From contig CAKOVP010000002.1 of NCBI GenBank assembly GCA_934122035.1, forward strand, positions 1 through 57,356: 57,356 bases of DNA, in the 5' to 3' direction. Below are positions 1 through 10,277 of the stretch, piece by piece (the first letter of the stretch is position 1; each line of letters begins with the position of its first letter). Below the pieces are notes generated by a model that was not told the DNA's origin, did no database searches, and worked only from the letters and a program-made list of their open reading frames with translations. The stretch comes from an uncultured Clostridia bacterium. Its GTDB lineage: Bacteria > Bacillota > Clostridia > TANB77 > CAG-508. Made by a program: the position numbers and the translations under genes.

Positions 1-1305
1 ACATATATAGATAGCACAAATAACGATATAACGCCTTTTAAAGCAATAATGAATGATATGTATGCTAAAGATATTTCAAAGAAGATTAGAAGCGTTTTAA
101 AGGAAAAACAAAAGCAAGGAGAATATATGTGTAGTATTCCAGCTTATGGATACAAAAGGCATCCTACAATTAAAAATAAATTAATTGTAGATGAGAAGGT
201 AAGAGATATTGTAGAGAAGATTTTCAATATGTATGCAAATGGGCATGGTAGTGTGGAAATTGTAAATTTTTTAAACATAAATAAATATCTTTCTCCAACT
301 GGTTATAGAAAGACAGAATTAATACAAGATCAGAATAAGAAAAATTATAATTGGAATGAAGTAACCTTATGTAATATGTTAAAAAATGAAGTCTATATCG
401 GAAATACGGTTCAAAATAAAAGGTCTATCATATCTTATAAAGTTAAGAAATTTAGAACAGTTGATAAAGAAGAACATATAAGAGTTGAAAATACACACGA
501 AGCGATTATTGATAAAGATTTATTTGAGAAAGTTGGGTGTATCATAGAAAAAAGAGGAACCAACACCAAACTTAAATATGATTATTTATTAAGAGGATTA
601 CTTTACTGTTATCATTGCAAAAGAAAACTGCAAATAGTGCTTAAAAAGAATTCTAAAAGAAACACGAAATCACATCCATATATAACTTGCAGTGATGCAA
701 AAGAACGAGGGTGCTATCCACTAAACATGAATTATGAAAAGTTTGAAAAGCATATTATTTATATTGTAAAAAAGATATGCCAAATATACGCTGACAAAGA
801 AATTTTTTATAGGGTTTATGAAAAATATCAAAACAAAACTCTTGATATTAGAGAAGGATATAAGAAAAAAATCGAACAAATTGATAAAGCTATATTTGAT
901 ATAAACAATAATTTAGACAAGATGTATATGGATAAATTAAGAGGAATTTTACAAGAGGAAGATTATGTTAGAGTATCGCAAAAATTTGATTTTGAAAGAA
1001 TAAAATTATTCGAACAAAAGAAAGAATTAGAACAAAAAATTAGCCAAGCAGAGCTAAGATTAGAAACAAAAAATACTACAAAAGAAGAAAAAGAATTAGA
1101 TAATTTAATAGAACAATTTTTGGAATTAGAAAAGGTAGATAAAATTTATTTATATCGATTAATCAATAAAATTGAAATAGATAAAGATAAAAATATATAC
1201 ATATATTTTAACTTTTCAAAACTAAATTCTATTAATGAAAATCTAGATGAATTTATTAAAATTGAAGAAATAATTAACGAAAATCAAAAATACAAAGTTG
1301 TGTAA
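1..1305 (+). CDS. Large serine recombinase, C-terminal ~430 aa (5' end outside window)
   Basis: The frame is open from nt 1 (TYIDSTNNDITPFKAIMNDM...). It has recombinase-domain motifs (IPAYGYKRHP, VYIGNTVQNK), a Cys-rich zinc ribbon (LLYCYHCKRKL...ITCSDAKERGC) and a long K/E-rich coiled coil, as in phage/ICE/skin-type large serine recombinases. Confidence 0.8.
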   Translation, partial: TYIDSTNNDITPFKAIMNDMYAKDISKKIRSVLKEKQKQGEYMCSIPAYGYKRHPTIKNKLIVDEKVRDIVEKIFNMYANGHGSVEIVNFLNINKYLSPTGYRKTELIQDQNKKNYNWNEVTLCNMLKNEVYIGNTVQNKRSIISYKVKKFRTVDKEEHIRVENTHEAIIDKDLFEKVGCIIEKRGTNTKLKYDYLLRGLLYCYHCKRKLQIVLKKNSKRNTKSHPYITCSDAKERGCYPLNMNYEKFEKHIIYIVKKICQIYADKEIFYRVYEKYQNKTLDIREGYKKKIEQIDKAIFDINNNLDKMYMDKLRGILQEEDYVRVSQKFDFERIKLFEQKKELEQKISQAELRLETKNTTKEEKELDNLIEQFLELEKVDKIYLYRLINKIEIDKDKNIYIYFNFSKLNSINENLDEFIKIEEIINENQKYKVV

Positions 1306-1312
1306 TTTCAGT
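1..1312. mobile_element. Right end of an integrated element (prophage/ICE/skin-like) carrying the serine recombinase
   Basis: The recombinase stop (1305) lies 10 nt from the abnormal end (1315) of the convergent, truncated M14 peptidase ORF. The body of the element would lie left of the window. Confidence 0.5.
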
Positions 1313-1314
1313 AG

Positions 1315-1812
1315 TTACAAGACTTTGCAAAATGGTTGGAAGTTTTTTAAATCCACACCTTCAATATTTGCTTTCCAACCATTAGAAAATGCCACATTAG
1401 GACATGAATTTGCAATATATTTAGCATATCTGTAAGCATTTGAATTTAAATTAATATTATTATTTATTAAATCTACTCCATCTGGATTAACCATTGGAAC
1501 AATATAAAAAGAAACCTTATTTAAAAGACTTCTAATATTATAGCCTAAAAAAGAGGAATTTCTATTGTATGCAATGCACATATCCTCTATAAACTTCATA
1601 AATACAGTTGTTGTAATCCATTCATTGGCATGGAAAGTAGCACAATAAAATACTTTCTTAGAACCTGTACCAAGTCTAATACAATAAATGGGCTTTTCTA
1701 AAACACTATATCCAATAGTAAAAAGCTTTAAAAAAGGAAAGTGCAAAACCAAAGACATAATATCAGACTTAAAAATAGTAGAATTATACTTAACAGAAGT
1801 GTTAATAATCAT
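1315..1812 (-). pseudogene. M14 zinc carboxypeptidase / gamma-D-glutamyl-meso-diaminopimelate peptidase family, N-terminal 165-aa fragment
   Basis: HANEWITT (HxxE zinc motif), PMVNPDGVDL and GWKANIEGVDL are present, but the ORF stops far short of the usual ~400 aa, with non-homologous tail residues (QPFCKVL*) at the junction with the recombinase element. Confidence 0.6.
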
Positions 1813-1990
1813 AAATCCTCCAAAACAAATATATTTAATATAATAAATATGATAAAGCAGAAAAAATATGTTAATTACAAAAAAAATAATAAAAAATATT
1901 GATAAAAAAAGGATAACGTGATATCCTAATAAAGTACAAAATTCGACAAAATATGGAAGGAGATATTAGCAAACTTGCTAATAAACAAAG

Positions 1991-2842
1991 ATGAAAACAA
2001 AAGCAGTAAAAATATTAAATTTTATAATAGCTACAATTATTTTAATAAATGTATTTACAATTAATTCAAAAGCAGAAACTATAAAAAATATAAATGATAA
2101 ATCCGAGGTGGAATCTGCAATAACAGAGCTTATAATAACAATAAATGTTAATGGAATGAGTAAAACACAAATAACTAACATAATAAATTTGTATAAAGAA
2201 GTAACAAAAGTTTATACAAATTTTGAAATTGCAGAAATGATAAATAACAATAAAGAGGTACTTATAAATAATGGCTCAAAAGAGGAAGATTTAAATAGTA
2301 TAACTGGTGTACTAACAAGCACTAATGAAACTCAATTAAATGCAATTTTAAATAAAATAAATGTAGATGAATTAGTTAATCAAATAGCAAATGGAGCAGA
2401 CACACAAACAATAATAAGACAAATAACTAGTAATCTTTCTGCAACAGAAAAAGTTGGACTTTTAGTTAATATACTATTCGCAACAAATGTGATGAAAAAA
2501 GTACTCATTGTTTTGGGAATAATTTTTATTTATAGAACATTACTTAGATGTGTTATTTACAAAAAAGCCAACAAACCAGCTTGGGCTCCTTTTGTTCCAA
2601 TTTATAGAAATGTTGTAATGATGCAGATTTGCGGAATTAGTCCTTGGTGGTTATTACTATTATTAGTTCCAGTAGTAGGCTGGATAATATTAGTATTAAT
2701 ATCAGTTGCAAGCAAGTTTTTACTTGCTGAAGGCTTTGGAAAAGGTGTAATATTCTCATTTGGATTATGGATTTTTGCACCAGTGTTTGAAACAATACTT
2801 GTTGTATCAAGAAAAACAAAATATATAGGATTCGAAGAATAA
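1991..2842 (+). CDS. Secreted/membrane protein: signal-anchor, N/I/T-rich region, C-terminal multi-TM segment (DUF5684-like)
   Basis: 283-aa ORF with an N-terminal hydrophobic segment. The C-terminal block KANKPAWAPFVPIYRNV...PWWLLLLLVPVVGWIILVLI is typical of small multi-TM domains. Confidence 0.5.
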   Translation: MKTKAVKILNFIIATIILINVFTINSKAETIKNINDKSEVESAITELIITINVNGMSKTQITNIINLYKEVTKVYTNFEIAEMINNNKEVLINNGSKEEDLNSITGVLTSTNETQLNAILNKINVDELVNQIANGADTQTIIRQITSNLSATEKVGLLVNILFATNVMKKVLIVLGIIFIYRTLLRCVIYKKANKPAWAPFVPIYRNVVMMQICGISPWWLLLLLVPVVGWIILVLISVASKFLLAEGFGKGVIFSFGLWIFAPVFETILVVSRKTKYIGFEE

Positions 2843-3079
2843 TATGAAAAAATGTTGTTAAATAATACTTTTTGAAATATTTAAATGATAAATATTTTGA
2901 TTTATCTAATAAAATTAACAAATTTTGTAAAATTTATTGAATATTATTATACAATGTGATATATTAAGTGTGGCTTAAGAAAAAGCCACATAATTTATTA
3001 TTTGTAGATATTTTCCTTCTTAAAAGGTCAAGGTGTCAAAAAATATTAAATCAGATTTTTAAGAAGGAGGTAAAATAAA

Positions 3080-3232
3080 ATGGCAGACAAAACATTAACA
3101 TGTGCAGACTGTGGTAAAGAATTTGTTTTTACAGAGGGTGAACAAGCATTTTATGCAGAAAAAGGTTTTACAAATGAACCAAAAAGATGCCCAGAATGCA
3201 GAAAAGCAAGAAAACAACAAAGAAGAAAATAA
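3080..3232 (+). CDS. Small zinc-ribbon protein (50 aa, CxxC...CxxC)
   Basis: AAGGAGG RBS lies 8 nt upstream. Product is MADKTLTCADCGKEFVFTEGEQAFYAEKGFTNEPKRCPECRKARKQQRRK, followed by a hairpin terminator. This ORF is not in the supplied track (too short). Confidence 0.7.
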   Translation: MADKTLTCADCGKEFVFTEGEQAFYAEKGFTNEPKRCPECRKARKQQRRK

Positions 3233-3253
3233 TTACACAGTTGAATAAAATGG

Positions 3254-3281
3254 AAAGAGACTTTTCGTAGTCTCTTTTTTT
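3254..3281 (+). terminator. Rho-independent terminator
   Basis: AAAGAGACT-tttcgt-AGTCTCTTT followed by a T-run. Confidence 0.7.
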
Positions 3282-3488
3282 ATTGTAAAAGCCAATTTTG
3301 AAAGGTAAATAAAATTTAAAACAGCAATATAAATTAAAATAAAAGTTATTATAGGCTTTTTATTTTAATGAAAATATGTTATAAATAAATAAAAAGATTA
3401 TGCAAGAAAAATTGAATATAAACAAAATGTGGGAAATGGTAAAAACTATACTAACAATAAAATCAAAAGAAAAAATAAAGGAGGAAAA

Positions 3489-4601
3489 ATGAAAAAAAGA
3501 GAAATTATAAAAGAAAACAAAGGAATAACAATTGTTGCATTGGTAATAACAATAATAGTATTGTTGGTTTTAGCTGGTGTAAGTTTGAACTTAGTATTAG
3601 GTGAAAATGGAATAGTAAAAAAAGCACAAGAAGCAAGAAATAAAACAATAAAAGGGCAATTAAATACTGAAAAGTCAATAAACGATTTAACAGAGGAAGC
3701 AGATAATTACTTAGGACATTATGATTTAAGTAGATATACTGTTGGAGAAGAAGTAGCATATACATATGACAAAGTAAGTGAAGGATATTTATTACCAAGC
3801 AATGAAAGTGGATGCAAAAATGATCAAAAAGTATCTCAAGATAATACAAGTATAAAATGGATAATAATAAATAAGGATGAAAGTACAGGAACAGTGGATT
3901 TAATAAGTGATAAGCCTACAGGCAGTATAGTAGCACTTAATGAAGCATTGGGATATAATAATGGAGTTTACTTATTAAATGATATATGTGATAAGTTATA
4001 TAGTAATACGAGTAAAAAAATAAAAGCAAGAAGTATAAATTTGGAAGACATAGAAAAACACTTAACAGATTCAGGCTTTGCAGTAAGAAATGCATATGGA
4101 AATGCAGTAAAATATGGAGTTTCAAAAACATATACAAGTAGTAAACAGTACCCAAAACTCTATGCAAATCAAATAGGAGCAGGAATAACATCAACAAATG
4201 TAACACAACCTAATAAAATAAAAGCAATAGATCCTTATAAAGAAAGTAGTCAAGGATATACATATCCAACAAGTGAAACATCAGAAATGGCGGGAGATAG
4301 TGGATTAACGGTAACACAAACTTTTTATTATATACCAATAAATGAAAAAAATTATGGAGAGGTGGCAAACATATTATTGAAAACAAATCTTTATTGGGTT
4401 GCTTCTCGCTATGTATATACTAGTTCAAGTTGTGCTAGATTTGGACTTCGTTGTGTTGCTACGTATATGGGTGGTAGCGAATTGCTTTATTCAGATGGTA
4501 CTTCGAATAGACCAAATTTTAGTTTACGTCCAATAGTTTCTCTTAAAGCTAATATGTTAACAGGAGAAAAAGACGAAAATGGAGCTTGGACATTAAAGTA
4601 A
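3489..4601 (+). CDS. Pilin-like N-terminal anchor protein; fourth family member with an unrelated C-terminal domain
   Basis: AAAGGAGG RBS precedes the ATG at 3489. The N-terminus MKKREIIKENKGITIVALVITIIVLLVLAGVSLNLVLGENGIVKKAQEARNK is homologous to the three tandem paralogs at 22-26 kb. The C-terminal YWVASRY...ARFGLRCV...LRPIVSL motif is different. Confidence 0.7.
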   Translation: MKKREIIKENKGITIVALVITIIVLLVLAGVSLNLVLGENGIVKKAQEARNKTIKGQLNTEKSINDLTEEADNYLGHYDLSRYTVGEEVAYTYDKVSEGYLLPSNESGCKNDQKVSQDNTSIKWIIINKDESTGTVDLISDKPTGSIVALNEALGYNNGVYLLNDICDKLYSNTSKKIKARSINLEDIEKHLTDSGFAVRNAYGNAVKYGVSKTYTSSKQYPKLYANQIGAGITSTNVTQPNKIKAIDPYKESSQGYTYPTSETSEMAGDSGLTVTQTFYYIPINEKNYGEVANILLKTNLYWVASRYVYTSSSCARFGLRCVATYMGGSELLYSDGTSNRPNFSLRPIVSLKANMLTGEKDENGAWTLK

Positions 4602-4848
4602 GGATAATAAAAAGATGATTAAGTGTAATCTTAGTACAAAATAGTTAGTTTCATAAGTAAAATAAGGTATGAAAAATATAAATAATAAAACAATAGTAGA
4701 ATTTGAAATTATAGAATTTATAAGGACAACAAATTATGTAAAAAAACTATAATAATTTATCAAAAATGGAGTAAAAACGCTTGAAAATGGAAATACTACG
4801 TGTTATAATAACATTTGCGATATAAAAAGGAAAAGAGGAGTTTTAGAA

Positions 4849-6288
4849 ATGAAAAATTTAAGAAAAACTAAAATTGTTGGAACAATCGGACCAGCCAGCG
4901 AAAATAGACTAGAAGAGCTATTTGAAGCAGGACTAAACGTATGTAGAGTTAACTATTCTCACGGAAGTTGGGAAGAACAATCAGAAAAAACAGAAACAAT
5001 ATTAAAACTAAGAGAAGAAAAAAATCTTCCAATCGCTTTATTATTAGATATGAAGGGACCAGAAATTAGAACAGGAATGTTGTATACAGGAAAAAATACA
5101 AAAATTCAACTAAAAGATGGCCAAAAATTTACATTATATAACGAAGATGTAACAGGAAACGAAGAAGGAACTTCTGTAACATATAAAGAATTATACAAAG
5201 ATGTTAAACCAGGAACAAAAATATTAATAGATGATGGTGCTATAGAATTAAAAGTTGACGAAGTAGTTGGAAAAGATATAGTAACAACAGTAGTTCATGG
5301 AAATGGATTAGGAAGCAGAAAAACAATGAACTTACCTGGAACAGTTATTAGATTACCAGGACTTGCAGATAAAGATATAGCAGACTTAAAAACAGCTTGC
5401 GAACATGGATATGATTTCGTTGCAATTTCTTTTGCTAGAAATGAAGAAGACATCAAAAATGTAAGAAAAGTATTAGACGAGAACGGTGGAAAAGACATTC
5501 AAATAATAACAAAAATTGAAAACGTTGAAGGTCTTTCAAACTTAGAAAAAATAGTAGACCTAGCTGACGGACAAATGATAGCTCGTGGAGATATGGCAAC
5601 AGAAACAGATTTCACAGAACCACCAGTAGTTCAAAAGAAATTAATAAAACTTTGCAACAAAGAAAACAAACCAGCTATAACAGCAACACAAATGCTAGAA
5701 TCTATGACACATCAACCATTACCAACAAGAGCAGAAGCAAGTGACGTTGCAAACGCTATATATGATAGAACAAGTGCAATAATGCTTTCTGGAGAATGTG
5801 CTCAAGGTGATTACCCAGTAGAATGTGTTAAAACAATGGTTAAAATAGCAAAAAGAGTAGAACCAGAAATAAATTACTGGAAGAGATTTGATGAAAATGA
5901 AAACATCGAATTAGATACATTAGAAAAGAACGTTGCATATGCAACTTGCGTAACAGCTAAAAATATGAAAGCTGATGCTATAGTATGCTATACACATTCT
6001 GGAAATTCTGCAAGAAACTTAGCAGGACTTGGAGCAGGATGCCCAATACTTGCTATAACAGATAATAAGAGAACATTCCATCAATTAGGTTTAGCTTGGA
6101 ACGTAACACCAATATACATTGATGCTCAAGAAACAATAAACAAGACAATTGAAAAAGGAATAGAAAAATTAAAAAATGCAGAAATATTAGAACAAGGAGA
6201 CCTAGTAATAATTGCAGGTGGAGACAAAATAATGGAAGATGCAGGTTCATCTGTAAACAAAACAATAGGTGGAGTTTTAAGAGTATAA
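4849..6288 (+). CDS. pyk: Pyruvate kinase
   Basis: KTKIVGTIGPAS, NVCRVNYSHG, LLDMKGPEIRTG and MIARGDMATE are classic PK motifs. 479 aa. Confidence 0.95.
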   Translation: MKNLRKTKIVGTIGPASENRLEELFEAGLNVCRVNYSHGSWEEQSEKTETILKLREEKNLPIALLLDMKGPEIRTGMLYTGKNTKIQLKDGQKFTLYNEDVTGNEEGTSVTYKELYKDVKPGTKILIDDGAIELKVDEVVGKDIVTTVVHGNGLGSRKTMNLPGTVIRLPGLADKDIADLKTACEHGYDFVAISFARNEEDIKNVRKVLDENGGKDIQIITKIENVEGLSNLEKIVDLADGQMIARGDMATETDFTEPPVVQKKLIKLCNKENKPAITATQMLESMTHQPLPTRAEASDVANAIYDRTSAIMLSGECAQGDYPVECVKTMVKIAKRVEPEINYWKRFDENENIELDTLEKNVAYATCVTAKNMKADAIVCYTHSGNSARNLAGLGAGCPILAITDNKRTFHQLGLAWNVTPIYIDAQETINKTIEKGIEKLKNAEILEQGDLVIIAGGDKIMEDAGSSVNKTIGGVLRV

Positions 6289-6306
6289 TTAAATTGCATA
6301 ACTTAA

Positions 6307-6335
6307 GGACGAAGAATAATCTTCGTTCTTTTTTT
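6307..6335 (+). terminator. Rho-independent terminator of pyk
   Basis: GGACGAAG-aataat-CTTCGTTC followed by a T-run. Confidence 0.65.
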
Positions 6336-6365
6336 CGCCCATTGGGGACGTCCCTTTTTGGGCGA
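6335..6365. repeat. GC-rich 31-nt palindromic element, copy 1 (TCGCCCATTGGGGACGTCCCTTTTTGGGCGA)
   Basis: Near-perfect inverted repeat centred on GACGTC. One of four copies in the window. Confidence 0.8.
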
Positions 6366-6462
6366 TATTTTTTTGTTTAAAACAGCACCATTTTACGCAT
6401 GGTTACATAAAATACATAAAAGCGTTTTAAAAAGCTTTTTATATAAAAAGGAGGAAAAAATA

Positions 6463-6813
6463 ATGTACAGATGGTGTAATAAATGTTGCTGCAACAATAA
6501 TTCAGATGAAGATATTAGCCCATTAGATGATTCTTCATGTATGGATGTTTCTAGCTACAGCAACGAAAATTGCAATATGAACAAATGTGAATGCGGATTT
6601 GATGAACAGGAAAGCGTATTTCCAGTAAATCCAATGCTAGGTCAAAGTTATGTGCCAATCCAAAGAATGTCAAAAGTGTTTACTCCAATATGTGGCTTAA
6701 AAAATGGAACTATTTTTCCAGAGCTTGTGAGCCCATATTACCCTTGTCAAAGTGTGGAAGACATAGAGTATCTAAAAAGTAGAAACACTATAGGAAAGGG
6801 GTGTAACAAATGA
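6463..6813 (+). CDS. cotJA: Spore coat-associated protein CotJA
   Basis: AAAGGAGG RBS precedes the ATG at 6463. Contains the conserved PMLGQSYVPIQRMSKVFTPICGLKNGTIFPELVSPY block and is first gene of a cotJABC-type operon. Confidence 0.8.
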   Translation: MYRWCNKCCCNNNSDEDISPLDDSSCMDVSSYSNENCNMNKCECGFDEQESVFPVNPMLGQSYVPIQRMSKVFTPICGLKNGTIFPELVSPYYPCQSVEDIEYLKSRNTIGKGCNK

Positions 6814-7217
6814 CATTAAATAATAATATGAATAGTTGTCAAAATACAAATTTAGAAGATTGCAGTTATGAACCAACAGGAATAAATGCACAATTTGGCT
6901 ATAATACTGCAAATTTACTTTCAAAAGAGAATTGTTACCAAAACCAAATGTGTTGTGAACAAAATGTAGAAGTACAAAATGAAATGTTGTGCAATATTAG
7001 AGCATTAAAATTTGCAATAACAGATATTGGAGAATATTTAAATACACATAGTACAGATAAAAGAGCAATATGTATTCATAGAGAATATTGCCAAGAATTA
7101 AGAGATTTATCAGACAAATATCAGAAAATGTATGGCCCACTTAGCATAGAATTTCCTTGTAACAGTTGGAGATGGCTAGAGGAACCTTGGCCATGGGAAA
7201 GGAGCAGTGAAGAATAA
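6810..7217 (+). CDS. cotJB: Spore coat protein CotJB
   Basis: ALKFAITDIGEYLNTH...REYCQELRDLSDKYQKMYGPLS. Start and stop overlap its neighbours (translational coupling). Confidence 0.8.
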   Translation: MTLNNNMNSCQNTNLEDCSYEPTGINAQFGYNTANLLSKENCYQNQMCCEQNVEVQNEMLCNIRALKFAITDIGEYLNTHSTDKRAICIHREYCQELRDLSDKYQKMYGPLSIEFPCNSWRWLEEPWPWERSSEE

Positions 7218-7915
7218 TGTGGACTTATAATAAATTATTACAATACCCAATAAATATAAAAAATAGAAATCCTAAAATGGCAAAGGTAATAATATCTCAA
7301 TACGGAGGACCAGACGGAGAGTTAGCAGCAGCTTTAAGATATTTATCTCAAAAATTTGCAATGCCAAGTCAAATTGCGAAAGCTACACTTAATGACATAG
7401 GCACAGAAGAGCTAGCCCACCTTGAAATGGTAGGAACTTTAGTGCACCAACTAACAGATGGAGTTTGCCCAGAAGAATTGCAAAAAGCAGGACTTGGAGC
7501 TTATTACACAGATCATGGTGTGGATGTATATCCTCAATCTGCTGCAGGAGTTCCTTTTGACGCAAACTGCTTAGCGTGCAAAGGCGATGTAATTGCAAAC
7601 TTACAAGAAGATTTAGCAGCCGAACAAAAAGCACGTGCAACCTACGAAAAATTAATTGACCTTTGTGCAGATGACAAAGACGTTGTTGATGTTTTAAGAT
7701 ATTTAAGACAAAGGGAAATTGTTCACTTCCAAAGATTTGGAGAAGCACTAAGAGACGTTCAAGATAAAATGGCAGAAAAGAAATTTTATATGAATGGACT
7801 TAATTTAAATAATACAGGCAACTGCTGTGGAAATAATACTAATATGTTAAATAACAGTTGCTATAATATGAGAAGTGAAGAATCAAACGAAAACAACAAT
7901 AGTTGCCAAAATTAA
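7217..7915 (+). CDS. cotJC: Spore coat protein CotJC (manganese-catalase family)
   Basis: MWTYNKLLQYPINIKNRNPKMAKVIISQYGGPDGELAAALRYLSQ, GTEELAHLEMVG, LAAEQKARATYE. Confidence 0.9.
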   Translation: MWTYNKLLQYPINIKNRNPKMAKVIISQYGGPDGELAAALRYLSQKFAMPSQIAKATLNDIGTEELAHLEMVGTLVHQLTDGVCPEELQKAGLGAYYTDHGVDVYPQSAAGVPFDANCLACKGDVIANLQEDLAAEQKARATYEKLIDLCADDKDVVDVLRYLRQREIVHFQRFGEALRDVQDKMAEKKFYMNGLNLNNTGNCCGNNTNMLNNSCYNMRSEESNENNNSCQN

Positions 7916-8086
7916 TTAATATTAGAAAATAGAAGAGGGAAGATTGTAAATTTCTAATAAAATTTGCAATTCAATCCCTCTAATTTTATGAAGAACAAGT
8001 ATGAAAAATTTTTTTCAATATTTTATTTATTCTGGAAAGTAATACTGACTTTCCTAATAAATAAAAAGAACTTCAAGATGAAGTCC

Positions 8087-9007
8087 TTAATCTAAATTAT
8101 TTAAAATGTTTGGTAACATTTGCTTCTTTCTAGAAACAACATTGTTTAGCATTGCTGTATTATTTTCTAGATTTACTCCGAAAGCTTTTTCTATAGTATT
8201 AGCTTTTCTACCCATAGCAATTATTTTTGAATTTGCGTTTAATATATCTGTTGCAGCAAACATATAGAAATCTAAGTTTTTATCATTAATTTCTTTTTGA
8301 ATAGCATCTTCTAATTCAGCTTGTCTGCTAAATACAGAATTTAAATCAACTGCATTAACTTGAGAAATTTCAAATTTTGCATTTTTATCATCAAATTCTT
8401 TTGCATCAATATTTATAACTTGGAAAGGAGAAAACTCACTAATATCAGTTCCAGCCTTTAACATTTCTTTTCCATAAGATTCAATATCAACACCTGCAAT
8501 GCTTGCAAGTTTATTTGCAATTTCTCTATCTTGCTCAGTGCAAGTTGGTGATTTAAATAATAGTGTATCAGAAATAATAGCACTAAGCATTAAACCAGCC
8601 ATTTGTGAATCTATATCTACATCATTTTGTTTATATAATTTGTAAAGAATAGTTCCTGTACATCCTAATGGCTCTGCAATATAATACATTGGTTCTTTAG
8701 TTTCAAACTTTATTTTATGATGGTCAACAACCATTTTTATTTTTGCTTTTTCAATACCAGAAACACTTTGAGTGAATTCATTGTGGTCAACTAATGCAAC
8801 TTCACAATTTTCGTCAACACTATCTAAAGTTAATGGTTCTTCTATTTCAAAAGTTTTTAATGCATAAGCAGTTTCTTTATTTACGTTTCCTAATTTATAT
8901 GCAACAGCATCAACGCCTAAAGCTCTTTCTAAATTAGCAAGAACAATGGCAGATGTTATTGTATCTGTATCTGGTTTTTGATGTCCAAAAACATATAATT
9001 TACTCAT
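8087..9007 (-). CDS. ppaC: Manganese-dependent inorganic pyrophosphatase (family II, DHH)
   Basis: VFGHQKPDTDTITSAI, VDHNE, VVDHHK and the DHHA2-type C-terminus. 306 aa. Confidence 0.9.
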   Translation of the reverse strand: MSKLYVFGHQKPDTDTITSAIVLANLERALGVDAVAYKLGNVNKETAYALKTFEIEEPLTLDSVDENCEVALVDHNEFTQSVSGIEKAKIKMVVDHHKIKFETKEPMYYIAEPLGCTGTILYKLYKQNDVDIDSQMAGLMLSAIISDTLLFKSPTCTEQDREIANKLASIAGVDIESYGKEMLKAGTDISEFSPFQVINIDAKEFDDKNAKFEISQVNAVDLNSVFSRQAELEDAIQKEINDKNLDFYMFAATDILNANSKIIAMGRKANTIEKAFGVNLENNTAMLNNVVSRKKQMLPNILNNLD

Positions 9008-9239
9008 AATAATAGTCTCCTTTAAAATAAAAAATAGTCTTAGAAATATTCAAATATTATGTAATTCTCTGACTTTTTAATTATAGCACAATTCATTTAT
9101 TTAGTCAAATAAAATTACTTTTCATAAATTAACACTATTTATTTTCATTTGCAATGTTTACAATATAATGCTATAATTGATTTCAAATTTGACTTTATAT
9201 GATAAAAATTAATATTATTGAAAATGGAGGTGAAATAAT

Positions 9240-10061
9240 GTGCAAGAACAAGAGATACAGTTAGAGGAAAATTTTGAACAAATTATATATATTAATATGG
9301 ATGATTCTGGAAGGTTAGTGCATGGAGAACCGAGCGAGTTGGTTTTTGTATATGGTGGTGTTTTTTTTCTTTCTTTACACGAGCAAGAGGACTTTTCAAG
9401 ACAGTATAAAGCCCTAGTTGACTTAATAAAACCTAGATATTGTAAAAGTTTTTCAAAAGACATTTCTTTAAACAAGGAACATTGTGCAACGCATAATTAT
9501 CAAAATTGTATGTATGATTGTCCAGAACTAAAATCCAATATGCTAGAACCAAAAGATAGAAGAAGATTATTAAATTTTATAAAAAGGTATGACACTTCTG
9601 TTGCAGTAGTTTCTAATTATAAAATTAAAGACTATATTTTTGATAGTAAAGCCTCAAAAGGGAGATTTAAAGATTATATTATAAAAAGAGAGGTTAAAAG
9701 AATTATTGAGAATTTAATATCTCAAAACAGACTCAATTCTCATCAACCAGTAAAATTAATTCTTAATTTAGACGAACAGTCTACTGTCTCTAACGGATAT
9801 TATGATTTGGAGAGCTCCATAAAAGAAGAATTACAATTTGGAATTATGAACTATGATTATGGAATCAGTTTTCCACCAATATTATCTTCAGTTACTGTTA
9901 AAGTAAAATATAAAAATTCATATTATAATTATCCTGTTCAAGCTGCGGATTTGCTAGTAGGAGAGGTCAGACACGCATATTATCATTACTTGCAAGATAA
10001 TGATTTTGAAAAATATAGAAAAAGAACAAACTTTTTAAATACATCTATATATTTACCATAA
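9240..10061 (+). CDS. DUF3800-like protein
   Basis: IYINMDDSGRL (the D-x-SG start motif of DUF3800) and a C-terminal YPVQAADLLVGEVR motif. GTG start is as in the track; the start is uncertain. Confidence 0.5.
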   Translation: MQEQEIQLEENFEQIIYINMDDSGRLVHGEPSELVFVYGGVFFLSLHEQEDFSRQYKALVDLIKPRYCKSFSKDISLNKEHCATHNYQNCMYDCPELKSNMLEPKDRRRLLNFIKRYDTSVAVVSNYKIKDYIFDSKASKGRFKDYIIKREVKRIIENLISQNRLNSHQPVKLILNLDEQSTVSNGYYDLESSIKEELQFGIMNYDYGISFPPILSSVTVKVKYKNSYYNYPVQAADLLVGEVRHAYYHYLQDNDFEKYRKRTNFLNTSIYLP

Positions 10062-10277
10062 AAAAAAAGAGCCTTTGAATGGCCCTTTTCCAAGTAAATA
10101 GGTGTATTTTTAATACACTTAATTTTTCAATCTAATTTTACTTGTACACCGAACAAAGGGGAATTCCCTTTTGGTATAATAATTGTAACATTTAAAAAAT
10201 TAAATGTCAACAATTATATTATTATTTTATACTTTTGATTTGTTTTTATGCATAACATTTTTATTTTTTTAGATTAT

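Noticed and set aside
3429-3488. Upstream in-frame extensions offered by the track (3429, 6358, 11599, 13016, 16925, 28285, 31445, 40431-40538)
   Set aside because: In each case a downstream ATG is preceded by a good GGAGG-type RBS and matches the conserved N-terminus of the family. The extensions lack an RBS or run through terminator or repeat sequence.
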